Below, one piece after another: positions 1 through 9,994 of a DNA stretch of 64,000 bases. A program made the translations under genes and the position numbers. Origin of the DNA: an uncultured delta proteobacterium (GTDB lineage: Bacteria; Desulfobacterota; RBG-13-43-22); assembly GCA_963790475.1 (NCBI GenBank), contig CAWBOS010000012.1, positions 1,024,001 through 1,088,000 of the forward strand. The letters run 5' to 3'. Position 1 is the stretch's first letter. Each line of letters begins with the position of its first letter. The notes under the pieces were generated by a model. It did no database searches and was not told the DNA's origin. It saw only the letters and a program-made list of their open reading frames with translations.

Positions 1-273
1 TGAATTGGTAAATTTTATGGTTTCGACAGTTGATTCCAGCCCTGTCCCGACCAGCATGATCTTATCTTCGGGGATGGCCTCCCGGCAGACCTCAATCACT
101 TTCATTTTTTCTGTTTCACTCAAATAAACCGCCTCCCCGTTGGACCCCAGGACCAGATATCCGGAAAGTTTGGTTCGGTTCCATTTTTGAATATTTTCTT
201 TCAACCTTTCAAAGGCCACCTCGGCCCCGATAAATGGCGTGGTGATGGGGGGCATTATTCCCTGAAGTTTCAT
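1..273 (-). CDS. Dihydrodipicolinate synthase family aldolase (HOGA/DapA-like), 5' part; runs off the window
   Basis: Not in the ORF track. Manual translation gives MKLQGIMPPITTPF...GYLVLGSNGEAVYLSETEK...MLVGTGLESTVETIKFT, with the GSxGE and GTG motifs of the DHDPS family. AGGAGG RBS upstream. Confidence 0.85.
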   Translation of the reverse strand, partial: MKLQGIMPPITTPFIGAEVAFERLKENIQKWNRTKLSGYLVLGSNGEAVYLSETEKMKVIEVCREAIPEDKIMLVGTGLESTVETIKFTNS

Positions 274-402
274 AATTCCTCCTTAGGTTGTAAGATGATG
301 TTATTATAATAAAAATAAGATATTTAAACTTTACCACTCCCCTGGGTAGAAAAAACCCTCCCGGAAAAGGGGAGAACGGGGTGATGTATTTGTTAATAGT
401 GG

Positions 403-2034
403 TCAACGCTGATAAACGGTTTTTCCGTCCACAATGGTCATCAGGACCTTAGTCTCCAGGAGTTGTTCGGGGGGCAGACTTAGAATGTCCCGATCGATGA
501 CGATCAGGTCCGCCAGTTTTCCCGGCTCGATGCTGCCCAGCCGGTCCTCTTCTTTGGCCAGGTAGGCTCCGTTCCAGGTATAGAGCCGGATAGCATCTAT
601 CAGATTTATGGCCTCCTCCGGGCCGATAACTTTCCCACTGCCGGTCTTTCGGGTTACCGCGGCATACATCTGAACAAAGGGTCCATAAAAAGTTATGGGA
701 CAATCATTGTTTCCTCCGGCTATTATACCCATTTCCTGCATGGTCCGGTGAGGATGGAGCCACCGGCTCCTCTCCGGTCCAAAATTCTCGTAATACTGGT
801 CTCCCAAGCCATACATATATCCGATGCTGCTGGAAGGGGTTACCCCCAGCTCCTTGATTCTTTGAAGCTGCCTGGGCCTACAGCAACTATTGTGCTCAAG
901 CCGGTGCCGCACATCAGGGATCGGTTTCATCTTTTGAGCTTTTTCGATACAGTCCAGGGCGATGTCAATGCCCCGGTCACCAATGCTGTGGATACTGCAG
1001 CGGAGACCCGACTGATGGGCTTTAAGAACAAGTTGCTCCATGATATCCGGGTCAGTCATCATGAGGCCAAGCCCTTGGGGACCTCTGTTTTGTGGTTCAT
1101 AGACACCGGCTGTTCCTCCGGCTCCCGAGCCATCCCCCATGATCTTAAGGCTCATCACCTTCAGCCAGTCATTCCCAAAACCGCTCTCTATCCCAAGATC
1201 GCTCAGGGCCTCATTAAGGTTAATCCCATCGGGTTCTTTAGGATAGACGCTGACCATGAGATTCAACCTTACCTTTTTGACGCCTTCCTTCAAAAGCTGT
1301 TGATAGGCCCTGATGGCCAGGCTATAACCACTGGCATCATGGGTGGAGGTAATTCCCCACTCAGAAAACTGATTCAGGACCGCTTTAAACCCCTCTTTCA
1401 ACTCTTCAACCGTGTAGGGAGGAATAACCCTGGTGGCCAGCACGGTGGCGGTTTCGTACAGAAGACCAGTCGGTTCATTAATCTGATCTCTATCGATTTT
1501 GCCACCCGGAGGATCCTGGGTACGAGCGCCGATCCCGGCCAGTTCAAGGGCTAAGCTGTTCACCAGGCCCTGGTGCCCCGTATCCGAAAGAATGAAAACA
1601 GGGTTATGGGGAGCCGCCTCATCGAGTTCCCAGCGAGTAATATGCCTGTTCTCGGACAGTTTAGAATCATTGAAATTTCCGCCACGCACCCACTTGCCGG
1701 GGCCAAGCTCTCCCGCCCGTTCTCTCACCATCCGGAGTATGTCCCGGATGCTTTGAACCGACGGTTGGCGACAGTTGATTTCCGTTACCAGGGACGCCGC
1801 CAGGCTGGGATGCGTGTGTGAATCGATGATTCCAGGCAAGACAGTTTTATGCTTAAGGTCAAGGACCTCGGTCCTATCACCGACCAAGGTCATGATTTCA
1901 GGAGTCGAACTACAGGCCAGGAATTTACCTTCTTTAATGGCCACAGCCTCAACGATCGAGTCAGCCTGGTCGACGGTAATTATTTTGCCGTTGATGAGCA
2001 CCCGATCGGCACAAAAAAGGTCTTTCATGGTCAC
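403..2034 (-). CDS. Amidohydrolase family 3 (YtcJ-like) metallohydrolase
   Basis: PGIIDSHTH metal motif, HSIGD, HRLEH, GSIEPGKLAD; 543 aa. Confidence 0.9.
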   Translation of the reverse strand: MTMKDLFCADRVLINGKIITVDQADSIVEAVAIKEGKFLACSSTPEIMTLVGDRTEVLDLKHKTVLPGIIDSHTHPSLAASLVTEINCRQPSVQSIRDILRMVRERAGELGPGKWVRGGNFNDSKLSENRHITRWELDEAAPHNPVFILSDTGHQGLVNSLALELAGIGARTQDPPGGKIDRDQINEPTGLLYETATVLATRVIPPYTVEELKEGFKAVLNQFSEWGITSTHDASGYSLAIRAYQQLLKEGVKKVRLNLMVSVYPKEPDGINLNEALSDLGIESGFGNDWLKVMSLKIMGDGSGAGGTAGVYEPQNRGPQGLGLMMTDPDIMEQLVLKAHQSGLRCSIHSIGDRGIDIALDCIEKAQKMKPIPDVRHRLEHNSCCRPRQLQRIKELGVTPSSSIGYMYGLGDQYYENFGPERSRWLHPHRTMQEMGIIAGGNNDCPITFYGPFVQMYAAVTRKTGSGKVIGPEEAINLIDAIRLYTWNGAYLAKEEDRLGSIEPGKLADLIVIDRDILSLPPEQLLETKVLMTIVDGKTVYQR

Positions 2035-2464
2035 TTCCTCCTTTGGTTACTCGCCATTCATGAGTATTGCCATAGTTAATAGCTTTTCTGACTTTATGCT
2101 CAAAGAAATATAATATAGTGAAACAGCGATAGACCGTCAAGCGAGAACTCTTTTTATAATCTTATTCAAAGATTGGGAAATCTTCTTTCCGAGGAAGTTA
2201 ATTTATCCATGAGTAATGCTAAGCGAATTGAAAACGCCCTCTTCCAAGGATCAAAAGCAGGATTGACCCATTTTCTATAAATTTACCTTTAAATCCCGAT
2301 CTTGAAAATTGGACCAAGGGGTATCGCCGTTTTGGGTTCATTAATTTCTTGATTTTCATCAAAAAATGCTTATGCTAATTAAGTAGGCCCTCTTAAGTAC
2401 ACTGACAGTTACGAACGGAATTAGACATATCTAATAAAAAAATAAATTTGAGGAGGAGAAGGCC

Positions 2465-3142
2465 ATGGAAATCAATTACAAAGGTTTTATGAGGGAAATG
2501 ATCCAAAGAAATCCGGTAACTATTGGCCCGGAGGCATCGTTTTTTGATGCGCGAAAAATCATCCGGGATAATGGGATCAGACATTTGCCGGTAGTGGATA
2601 ATGAAAATAAACTGGTCGGCATTGTTACCGACCGGGACATTCGGGAAGCGGCTCCTTCGGATGCCACGTCCTTAAGTGTCGGCGAAATTAATTATCTGCT
2701 GGGGAAATTACAGGTTTTATCGTTTATGACGCCCCAAAAGAATTTAATCACCATCTCCCCCGACACCCTGGTGGAAGAAGCGGTACAATTGATGCATGAT
2801 AAAAAAATTGGCTGTATTCCCGTTGTGGAAGATGGAAAGCTTTATGGAATTTTTACCGAAACGGATGCCCTGGCCTTGCTGGTTGACTTATTCGGCATCA
2901 AGCAGAAAGGGACTCGTCTGACTGTCGCTGTTGAAGATAAGCCTGGTGAATTATGCGCTATTTTTGAAGTGTTTAAAAAGCATGATACCAGTGTGATCAG
3001 CATCACTTCCCCATCGTTTGTCGTCGATGGAAAAAGGCTCACAGCAATTCGAATCAGAACTGAAAAATATAAGGATATCGTTCAAGATCTGGAGAAAGCG
3101 GGCTTTCCCGTATTATCCATTGGCCAGTGGCCGTCAGTTTAG
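2465..3142 (+). CDS. CBS-pair plus ACT domain protein (AcuB-like)
   Basis: IRHLPVVD...GIVTDRD and IGCIPVVE...GIFTETD CBS motifs; C-terminal ACT domain VEDKPGEL; GAGGAG RBS. Confidence 0.9.
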   Translation: MEINYKGFMREMIQRNPVTIGPEASFFDARKIIRDNGIRHLPVVDNENKLVGIVTDRDIREAAPSDATSLSVGEINYLLGKLQVLSFMTPQKNLITISPDTLVEEAVQLMHDKKIGCIPVVEDGKLYGIFTETDALALLVDLFGIKQKGTRLTVAVEDKPGELCAIFEVFKKHDTSVISITSPSFVVDGKRLTAIRIRTEKYKDIVQDLEKAGFPVLSIGQWPSV

Positions 3143-3195
3143 TGCGCTGTAAAAATCTTACCCGACCGCCAAGCCAAGTTGGGTGAAACCTGAAG

Positions 3196-3696
3196 ATGGA
3201 CTCAACGGATGCGCGTGCGTCGGCCGTCGATCAAGAATGGCTCATAAACGTTTATCCGCTCTACCTCCACGACCTCTCTGAGTTCGATGACCACTACTAC
3301 ACGTTGAACCAGCGAGTATTGTGGGAGCCGGACTATCTGCCAAACTGGCTCGAGGAGGACAGGGACCATTCGCTGATCATCAGCGAGTCGGGTTGCCGAG
3401 TCGGTTTCGCCTTGGTAAACGAGGCGCCGTCGCCCTACCTGATGCCGGGAATCCGCTATCGACTGCCGGAGTTCTTTGTGCTGAGGAAGTATCGTCGTTG
3501 TGGTCTCGGACGTCGCTCGGGCCTGGCACTCCTCGACCAATTCCGCGGAAGGTGGCAGCTAAGCGTGCTACCCCGCAACGGACCGGCGATTTGCTTCTGG
3601 CGCTCGATATTGGCCGATTATCCCGGGGGCCTCTGTCCGGAGGCCACGGAATCGGGCGATGTTCTTTACCTCTTCGACACTGGTCAAGACAGATAA
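3196..3696 (+). CDS. GNAT family acetyltransferase
   Basis: LYLHDLSEF, EFFVLRKYRRCGLG (acetyl-CoA motif A), NGPAICFW. Confidence 0.75.
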   Translation: MDSTDARASAVDQEWLINVYPLYLHDLSEFDDHYYTLNQRVLWEPDYLPNWLEEDRDHSLIISESGCRVGFALVNEAPSPYLMPGIRYRLPEFFVLRKYRRCGLGRRSGLALLDQFRGRWQLSVLPRNGPAICFWRSILADYPGGLCPEATESGDVLYLFDTGQDR

Positions 3697-3902
3697 GGGG
3701 AGATATTCTTTCCCAAGCGGAGAGTTAAGGCCGCAGCCCTTAAGCGCATAGGTCCCGGTGGCTTCTTCCCTGGCGCTGGAACGGCCCGCCGGGGAAGGCC
3801 AGGTCAATTGCAACTTTCGAATCGTAATCGTTAGTTCAAGCACATTCCGACAATAAGACTACAAAAGGATTATCAGAAACCGAATAAAAGGAGGTTAGAA
3901 TT

Positions 3903-4478
3903 ATGAAGGTGGTAGCTATTAACGGAAGTCCACGGAAGAAGGGGAATACATGGACTTCTTTAAATAAAGTGCTGGACGAATTAAAAGCAGAAGGGATAGA
4001 GACTGAACTGATTCAACTCGGGGGGAAAAAGGTTCACGGCTGTATCGCCTGTTATAAATGTATGGAAAAAAAGGATCGAAAATGCCATGGCCACAAGGAC
4101 GAAATGAATGAATTCATTTCAAAAATTGATGAAGCCGATGGCATTCTGATTGGTTCGCCGACCTACTTTGGTTCATGCAGCACGGAAGTCAAAGCCCTGA
4201 TCGATCGTTGCGGTCTGGTGGCCATCGCCAACGACAGAATGCTTTCCAGGAAAGTCGGGGCAGCGGTTGTCGCCGTTCGAAGGCAGGGGGCTACGCAGGT
4301 GTTCAACCAGATAAACATGCTCTTTTTCATAAATAACATGATCGTTCCCGGATCCACCTATTGGAATCTGGCGGTGGGATTAAATCCGGGAGACGTGCTA
4401 AAGGACCAAGAAGGCATGCAGACCTTGTCCAATCTCGGGAAAAACATGGCCTGGCTGCTAAAAAAACTTGAGGAATAA
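3903..4478 (+). CDS. Iron-sulfur flavoprotein / NADPH-dependent FMN reductase (flavodoxin family)
   Basis: NGSPRKKGNT, CIACYKC...C cluster motif, GSPTYF; AGGAGG RBS. Confidence 0.92.
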   Translation: MKVVAINGSPRKKGNTWTSLNKVLDELKAEGIETELIQLGGKKVHGCIACYKCMEKKDRKCHGHKDEMNEFISKIDEADGILIGSPTYFGSCSTEVKALIDRCGLVAIANDRMLSRKVGAAVVAVRRQGATQVFNQINMLFFINNMIVPGSTYWNLAVGLNPGDVLKDQEGMQTLSNLGKNMAWLLKKLEE

Positions 4479-4649
4479 AGAACGACCTCTTATCTATTGA
4501 TTCCGTTACTGAAATTTCCTAAAAATTAAATAGATAAGAGGAGGCCGTCCGAAATAATCTTATCTTTCCTGTTAATTTTCCAGGTCTTTTATCCTTAAAT
4601 TCGGGAAAGTGTCGGTAGTGGGTTAATTGAAACTGACCCACCACAAAAA

Positions 4650-4870
4650 TGTCGTAATTTTTTACAATTTCGATAATTTTAAAAATACTGTAAAAACAAT
4701 TAGTTATGCGTTATTAGGATCAAATACGAAAAATTTCGTCGGCATTCTTTACAATTTCTTCGGCGGCGGGCAACTGTCTCCTATGTTGAAGCCTTAAGAG
4801 CTTTTTTAATAATATCAGGTAGTTTTACTAACTTTGGTCTCTTAATGGGAAAATTGGCACAGATATTGCT
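4650..4870 (+). promoter_or_regulatory. Sigma-54 promoter with two upstream enhancer-like boxes for the PEP-CTERM gene
   Basis: TGGCAC-AGATA-TTGC at 4855-4869 has canonical -24/-12 spacing. GTCG-N7-TTTACA boxes at 4651-4666 and 4738-4753 match the TTTACA motif known upstream of PEP-CTERM genes. Confidence 0.8.
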
Positions 4871-4925
4871 CTTAAAATAATTCTAAGAAGTCAAATATAA
4901 AAGATTAAGGAAGTCAAAAAAGACC

Positions 4926-5636
4926 ATGAAAAAAAGAAATTTATTAATTTTGGGTATTATTTTTACGGTGGTGACCCTGATTTCGGCCCCAGTGGGCGCT
5001 ACCTCGATCACGTTTACCGGCTCAAGCGGGAACCTTTCAGCCTCAGCTCTATTTGACTTGACTGGGAATACGTTGACCATTACACTGACGAATACGTCCT
5101 TGGCTGATGTCTTGGTTCCGACGGATGTATTAACGGGTTTGTTCTTCGACACCAACCCTGCCCATACCCTTACACCCGTTTCTGCTTCATTGAACGGTTC
5201 AACAGTATACTATGGATCTTTGACTGATGTAGGTGACGGATGGGGATACGGAGCTGGAGTTAGCGCCCATGAGGAAAACAGCGCTATTTCTGCTTCAGGA
5301 GCTGTTAATGGTCTTGGCCATAGTAATTTTTCAAGTAATAATAATGCCTTACAAGGATTGGATTATGGTATTCTTAGTGCTGGAGACAATACAGCGACCG
5401 ACAACGGCGGGATCCATGGACCATTGATCAAGAACTCTGTCCAATTCGCTCTTACGGCAGGATCAGGGTTCTCCCTTAGCGATTTGGGGAACAATGTAGT
5501 ATTCCAATACGGCACCGCCCTGACTGATCCCAATTTTCCAAACGATCCCACTTCGGTTCCCGAGCCGAGTGTGCTCCTTCTTCTGGGCGCAGGCTTGATC
5601 GGACTCGGGGCCTTCAGGAGACGCTTTAAAAAATAA
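4926..5636 (+). CDS. PEP-CTERM exosortase-sorted surface protein
   Basis: N-terminal signal peptide; C-terminal VPEPS, transmembrane helix and RRRFKK. Confidence 0.95.
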   Translation: MKKRNLLILGIIFTVVTLISAPVGATSITFTGSSGNLSASALFDLTGNTLTITLTNTSLADVLVPTDVLTGLFFDTNPAHTLTPVSASLNGSTVYYGSLTDVGDGWGYGAGVSAHEENSAISASGAVNGLGHSNFSSNNNALQGLDYGILSAGDNTATDNGGIHGPLIKNSVQFALTAGSGFSLSDLGNNVVFQYGTALTDPNFPNDPTSVPEPSVLLLLGAGLIGLGAFRRRFKK

Positions 5637-5658
5637 TCCACCCTTAATTTGAAAATAC

Positions 5659-5689
5659 AAAGGCAGAGTCATTCGGCTCTGCCTTTTTT
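5659..5689 (+). terminator. Rho-independent terminator
   Basis: AAAGGCAGAG-tcattcgg-CTCTGCC followed by T6, just after the PEP-CTERM stop. Confidence 0.85.
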
Positions 5690-5882
5690 ATGCACATTTG
5701 AAACCGTAACAGAGAATTTTCGGAACGATAGCTTTAAAATAGTTGTCGTGAAGTTCGCAAGCAGGAAGGATTTACCTCTTCGTTTCCCCGCATCACTTTT
5801 TATTGGTAAAGTCCAGACCGGCAAAGTCCCATTTTCTTCAGAAGACTCCCGCCACCCCTTGCTGTTGGCCCTGTCTTTCTCA

Positions 5883-5911
5883 TTGACCCTGTCTTTATTT
5901 TCTTTTATACT
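5883..5911 (+). promoter_or_regulatory. Sigma-70 promoter for the DRTGG operon
   Basis: TTGACC-N17-TATACT, 30 nt upstream of the ATG at 5941. Confidence 0.65.
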
Positions 5912-5940
5912 TTTCCCATCAAAAAGAAAATTATAATAAA

Positions 5941-6294
5941 ATGAAACTTAGAGAAATTATCGATACTCTGGACGCTACCCTTATTTGTGGGACCGCCTGT
6001 CTCGAACGGGAAGTGAAAACCGCCGGAGCCAGCGATCTCATGAGCGACATACTGGCAGGGTTTTCCGACGGATGTGTGCTGCTGACCGGCCTGACCACGA
6101 TTCAGGTGATCCGTACGGCAATGGTGACGGGAGTAGGGGCGATCGTTTTTGTGCGCCGCAAGCGGCCTACGGAGGAGGCCCTCGAACTGGCTCGGGCGGA
6201 AAACATGCCGTTGATATCGACCCCCTACTCGATGTTTGTTTCTTGTGGAAGGCTGCATGATAGGGGTATTACCGGGCTCGATGGTTCTCGATAG
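5941..6294 (+). CDS. DRTGG domain protein
   Basis: ASDLMSDIL...LLTGLT...AIVFVR motif of the DRTGG proteins found in hydrogenase-associated regulatory clusters. Confidence 0.85.
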   Translation: MKLREIIDTLDATLICGTACLEREVKTAGASDLMSDILAGFSDGCVLLTGLTTIQVIRTAMVTGVGAIVFVRRKRPTEEALELARAENMPLISTPYSMFVSCGRLHDRGITGLDGSR

Positions 6295-6388
6295 GGTCGC
6301 ACTGGCCCGGCCCTGAACCGGGGACCCCGATAGGCGCGCTGGCATCATTTCCGGGTTCATCCCCAGGCAGAAAGGCAACATTTCCCCT

Positions 6389-6829
6389 ATGGCCTCTATA
6401 AGGCACCGCTTCTTCATAAGAAAAAAAGATTTCATTCGTGCCGGCGAGTCGACGATTAGCTTGAAAAACATCTTGAAATCGATGAACTTCGATCCGGCAT
6501 TGATCCGCCGCATGGCCATCTGCGGTTACGAGGGCGAGATCAATGTGGTTTTGCACGGCGGTGACGGGACCATGGACCTGGAGATTTTTTCGGATCATGT
6601 GACCATGGAAATTTCCGACAATGGTCCGGGAATCGAGGATATCGAACTGGCCATGACTGAAGGTTTTTCCACAGCAACCGATGAACATCGCGAGATGGGG
6701 TTCGGGGCCGGAATGGGCCTGCCGAACATGCGCAAGAATTCAGACGAATTTCGGATCGATTCTCAAATAGGGGTCGGTACCAAGGTCTATATGTTGTTTA
6801 ATCTGCAAACCCCGGGGAAAACATCGTGA
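6389..6829 (+). CDS. Anti-sigma-factor-type Ser/Thr kinase (HATPase_c, RsbT/RsbW-like)
   Basis: EGEINVVLH, DNGPGI, GFST, GFGAGMGLPN. Confidence 0.9.
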   Translation: MASIRHRFFIRKKDFIRAGESTISLKNILKSMNFDPALIRRMAICGYEGEINVVLHGGDGTMDLEIFSDHVTMEISDNGPGIEDIELAMTEGFSTATDEHREMGFGAGMGLPNMRKNSDEFRIDSQIGVGTKVYMLFNLQTPGKTS

Positions 6830-8154
6830 AGCCGGAGAAGAAAAACCCTTTCCTCCTGATGCAATTCGATTCGGAGCAATGCAACGAATGCATATCCTGC
6901 GTCAGGGCTTGTCCGACCCAGGCCATACGGGTTTGGAAGGACACCTCCATTCAACTGGTAGGAGACTGTATCGGATGTGGAGAATGCATGCGGGTCTGTC
7001 CCACCCATGCCGTCAAACCGCTGCATTGGCAGGGACCCACCCTGGAGCGGGATCCATTCACGGTGGTCATTCCTTCCCCTGTTCTTTATACCCAGTTTCC
7101 AGGGGTTTTCGCGGAAGACCTGCGACAAACCCTGGAAGATATGGGTTTCCGCTATGTTTTGGATCTGTTTCCCTATATACAGATGTTCCAGCAGGCGACC
7201 GTGGAACATATCCTCCGCAACCGTCGCCAGACGGACCCAGGCCCGCGTCCGCTGATCTCGCCGGTTTGTCCCGTCGTTATTCGTCTGATCGCTCACAAAT
7301 TCCCAAGGCTGTTGCCGAACATCCTGCCACTGAAGACTCCGTTGGCCCTGATTGATAACCGTGAGAAAAAGCTTCTGCAACTCATGTTCGGGCTGGCGGA
7401 AGACTCGATAAGTCTTTGCTATATCACTCCCTGTCCGGCGGAGTTGGTTTCCATCCGTTCCCGATTCATTAGTGAAATGTCCACGATGGATCAAGTGTTC
7501 GGTATTAATGACGTCTACGCCGAACTACTCAAGCATGTCAAAGGACGGACAACGACAGACATGCGCTCCATAGCTGACCGGCAATCCAAGCGGTTCAATC
7601 TCTCCCGCAGTCTGAATTGGGGGATGTCCGGAGGAGAAATTTCAGGCACCCGCATCGAGCGTTCTCTGGCCGTTCACGGGTTGAAAGAAACCATTACCTA
7701 CCTGGAAAAAATCGAGATGGGACTCTTTAAAGAGATGGAGTACATCGAATTTCGAACCTGTCCTGAAGGCTGTCTGGGCGGTGTCCTGACCACCATCGAC
7801 AAATATATCGCCAAAGGATTCATCCACAAGATGCTGCGCATCTTCGGAACAGGCACCGGTCTGCAAAGGAAAGACATCATGGACCGCTATGAATCGGGCG
7901 AATTCCTTTACCGGGAAGACCCCGCGGCACGGGCTGGAGAAGTAGAAGGTCCAAAAGTATCCTTATCCATGAATCAGTATCTCGAAATCGAATCTCTTTT
8001 GGAGATCATCGGCGGCCGAAATTGCTCGGCCTGCGGATCACCAAGCTGTCGGGTGTTTGCCGAAGATGTTGTGCGGGGCATGGTCACACTGGACCATTGT
8101 GTTTTGCTACAGGCGCGAAAGTTCGGCAAAGACTTGTCCGATTCCCTTAAATAA
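6826..8154 (+). CDS. [FeFe]-hydrogenase large-subunit-like protein (putative sensory type) with 2x[4Fe-4S] and C-terminal FeS domains
   Basis: CNECISCVRACP and CIGCGECMRVCP ferredoxin motifs; H-cluster-like SPVCP, TPCPAE and EFRTCPEGCLGG; C-terminal CSACGSPSC. Confidence 0.8.
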   Translation: MKPEKKNPFLLMQFDSEQCNECISCVRACPTQAIRVWKDTSIQLVGDCIGCGECMRVCPTHAVKPLHWQGPTLERDPFTVVIPSPVLYTQFPGVFAEDLRQTLEDMGFRYVLDLFPYIQMFQQATVEHILRNRRQTDPGPRPLISPVCPVVIRLIAHKFPRLLPNILPLKTPLALIDNREKKLLQLMFGLAEDSISLCYITPCPAELVSIRSRFISEMSTMDQVFGINDVYAELLKHVKGRTTTDMRSIADRQSKRFNLSRSLNWGMSGGEISGTRIERSLAVHGLKETITYLEKIEMGLFKEMEYIEFRTCPEGCLGGVLTTIDKYIAKGFIHKMLRIFGTGTGLQRKDIMDRYESGEFLYREDPAARAGEVEGPKVSLSMNQYLEIESLLEIIGGRNCSACGSPSCRVFAEDVVRGMVTLDHCVLLQARKFGKDLSDSLK

Positions 8155-8242
8155 CCCCGGAAATAAACTGCGATCTGTCCCGATGCCGGCCGCGAAGTGT
8201 GAAGCGGCGTAAAAGAATAAATTAGAAATAAAGGAGGCATTC

Positions 8243-9337
8243 ATGAAGGCATCCATCTATAAGAAGCTACGTGAGCAGTTGGATCAATATTCGGTTGGTT
8301 TTCCAGCCACCCAATCGGGCATCGAGATCAAGATTCTTAAACGGCTTTTTTCCGAAGAAGAAGCCGGTATGTATCTCGATATGAGCATGATGTTGGAGAC
8401 CCCCGAGGTGATCGCGGCGCGCACCGGTCGCAACCCGGAGGCGGTTTCCTCCCTGCTGGCTGCCATGGCCGGAAAGGGGCTGTTGTTCCGCCAGCGTAAA
8501 AACGAGGAGGTCAAGTACGCGGCCGCGGCCTTCGTGATCGGGTCCTACGAGTTTCAACTTAAGAACATGGACCGTGATCTGGCCGAAATGATAGAAGCCT
8601 ATTTCCAGGAAGGCTTTATGGATTTTACTCCGGGAAAGAACATCCCCCCCTTGCGGCCTATTCCGGTGCGGCAGTCCATCCAGGTTTCCTGGCCGGTGGC
8701 GCCCTACGCGCAAGCCCGCGAAATCATCAAGACCAAAGAGAAAATCGCCTTGGCCGACTGCATCTGCCGTATCCAGCAGGGAATGATCGGCAAAGGCTGC
8801 GGCAAACCCACGGAAGTATGCCTGTTGTTCGGCGCGCATGCGGATTACTATGTCGAAAACAAATTTGGCCGGTTTATCAGCCAAGAGGAAGCTCTGGCGG
8901 TTTTGGAGGCCAGCGAGAAGGCGGGCCTGGTGAATCAACCGGCCAATATGGTCAATCCCGGGGGCATGTGCAACTGTTGCGGTGATTGCTGTGGAGTGCT
9001 TCGAACACTCAACAAGATGTCCAAGCCGGCCCTGGCGGTCTTTAACAACTACTACTCCGTGGCGGACCCTGATTTGTGTACAGCCTGCGAAACATGCCTG
9101 ATGCGCTGCCAGATGGCGACTGTCAGCATCAACGACGATCAGGTGGCCGTCGTCGACAAGGATCGGTGTATCGGCTGTGGTCTGTGCGTGACCACCTGCC
9201 CCACCGAAGCCATGGCCCTAACCCTTAAACCCCAAGAACAGCATAGTATCCCTCCGGCCAGCGGGCGCGAATTGATGGAACAAACCTTCAAGACCAGGGG
9301 TACCACGTTGATTCCCTTATCCATGATGGACAAGTAG
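8243..9337 (+). CDS. Multi-[4Fe-4S] ferredoxin-domain protein with an N-terminal HTH-like region
   Basis: CICR, CNCCGDCC, CTACETCLMRC and CIGCGLCVTTCP motifs. Confidence 0.85.
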   Translation: MKASIYKKLREQLDQYSVGFPATQSGIEIKILKRLFSEEEAGMYLDMSMMLETPEVIAARTGRNPEAVSSLLAAMAGKGLLFRQRKNEEVKYAAAAFVIGSYEFQLKNMDRDLAEMIEAYFQEGFMDFTPGKNIPPLRPIPVRQSIQVSWPVAPYAQAREIIKTKEKIALADCICRIQQGMIGKGCGKPTEVCLLFGAHADYYVENKFGRFISQEEALAVLEASEKAGLVNQPANMVNPGGMCNCCGDCCGVLRTLNKMSKPALAVFNNYYSVADPDLCTACETCLMRCQMATVSINDDQVAVVDKDRCIGCGLCVTTCPTEAMALTLKPQEQHSIPPASGRELMEQTFKTRGTTLIPLSMMDK

Positions 9338-9994
9338 CTTGGTGCGCGGGAGTGCCCCTGTCGGACTTGAAAACGGTTCAGTCAGAATTTTCACGTTCTA
9401 TTTTTCAAAGTTGATCCAAGATTTTATTACGTATCAAAGCAAACCAAGCGCTTATCTGCATCGGCCTTACTAGGCTGCCGGTGTTTTACTTTTTTCCATT
9501 TTCTTTTCAATCTATTTTGTAGAGTTATGGGAGAAAGTTATTTAACCGGTCCTTCCTTTAATATTGTTTTTAAATTTTAGCCGGAGATACTAAATTTCAA
9601 ACGACAATCAAGGCAAATAACAAATCAAATGTCCCACTAAAAAGAAAACCTGTGGGGCCCCTCATTCAATTCGGGACCGTCTTTTCCATTCTGCTCATTA
9701 AATCACGCTCAAAGTTGATCCCATGGGAAAACTACGTTCACCCCTGACTACGCCCCTGAAATATCCTTGGCCCAATAATCCGAATATTTAATTAAATTAA
9801 AATTTATGCAAAAATACTGTCTTTGTTTTTGTAAGATACCCGCTTCATATTATTTATTTTGCAGATCTTTTAAAGTAAATTGCAAGCAAAGAGAGTTCCT
9901 AAACTCTTCCATATCTCCCAGAGGAGATTTAGGCCTTGAGCGGGGCCTGGGACGGATTGGAGGGCCTTAGATCGTTCAGTAAAGGGAACAAGCT

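Noticed and set aside
3697-3845. Possible integron attC site after the GNAT gene
   Set aside because: No RYYYAAC/GTTRRRY pair with matching inner boxes, and no integrase or cassette array.
9430-9490. Possible c-di-GMP-I riboswitch (AAGCAAACC...GGCCT...AGGCTGCCGG)
   Set aside because: Lacks the GAAA tetraloop stem and the GACGCAAAG junction, and lies far from the next gene.
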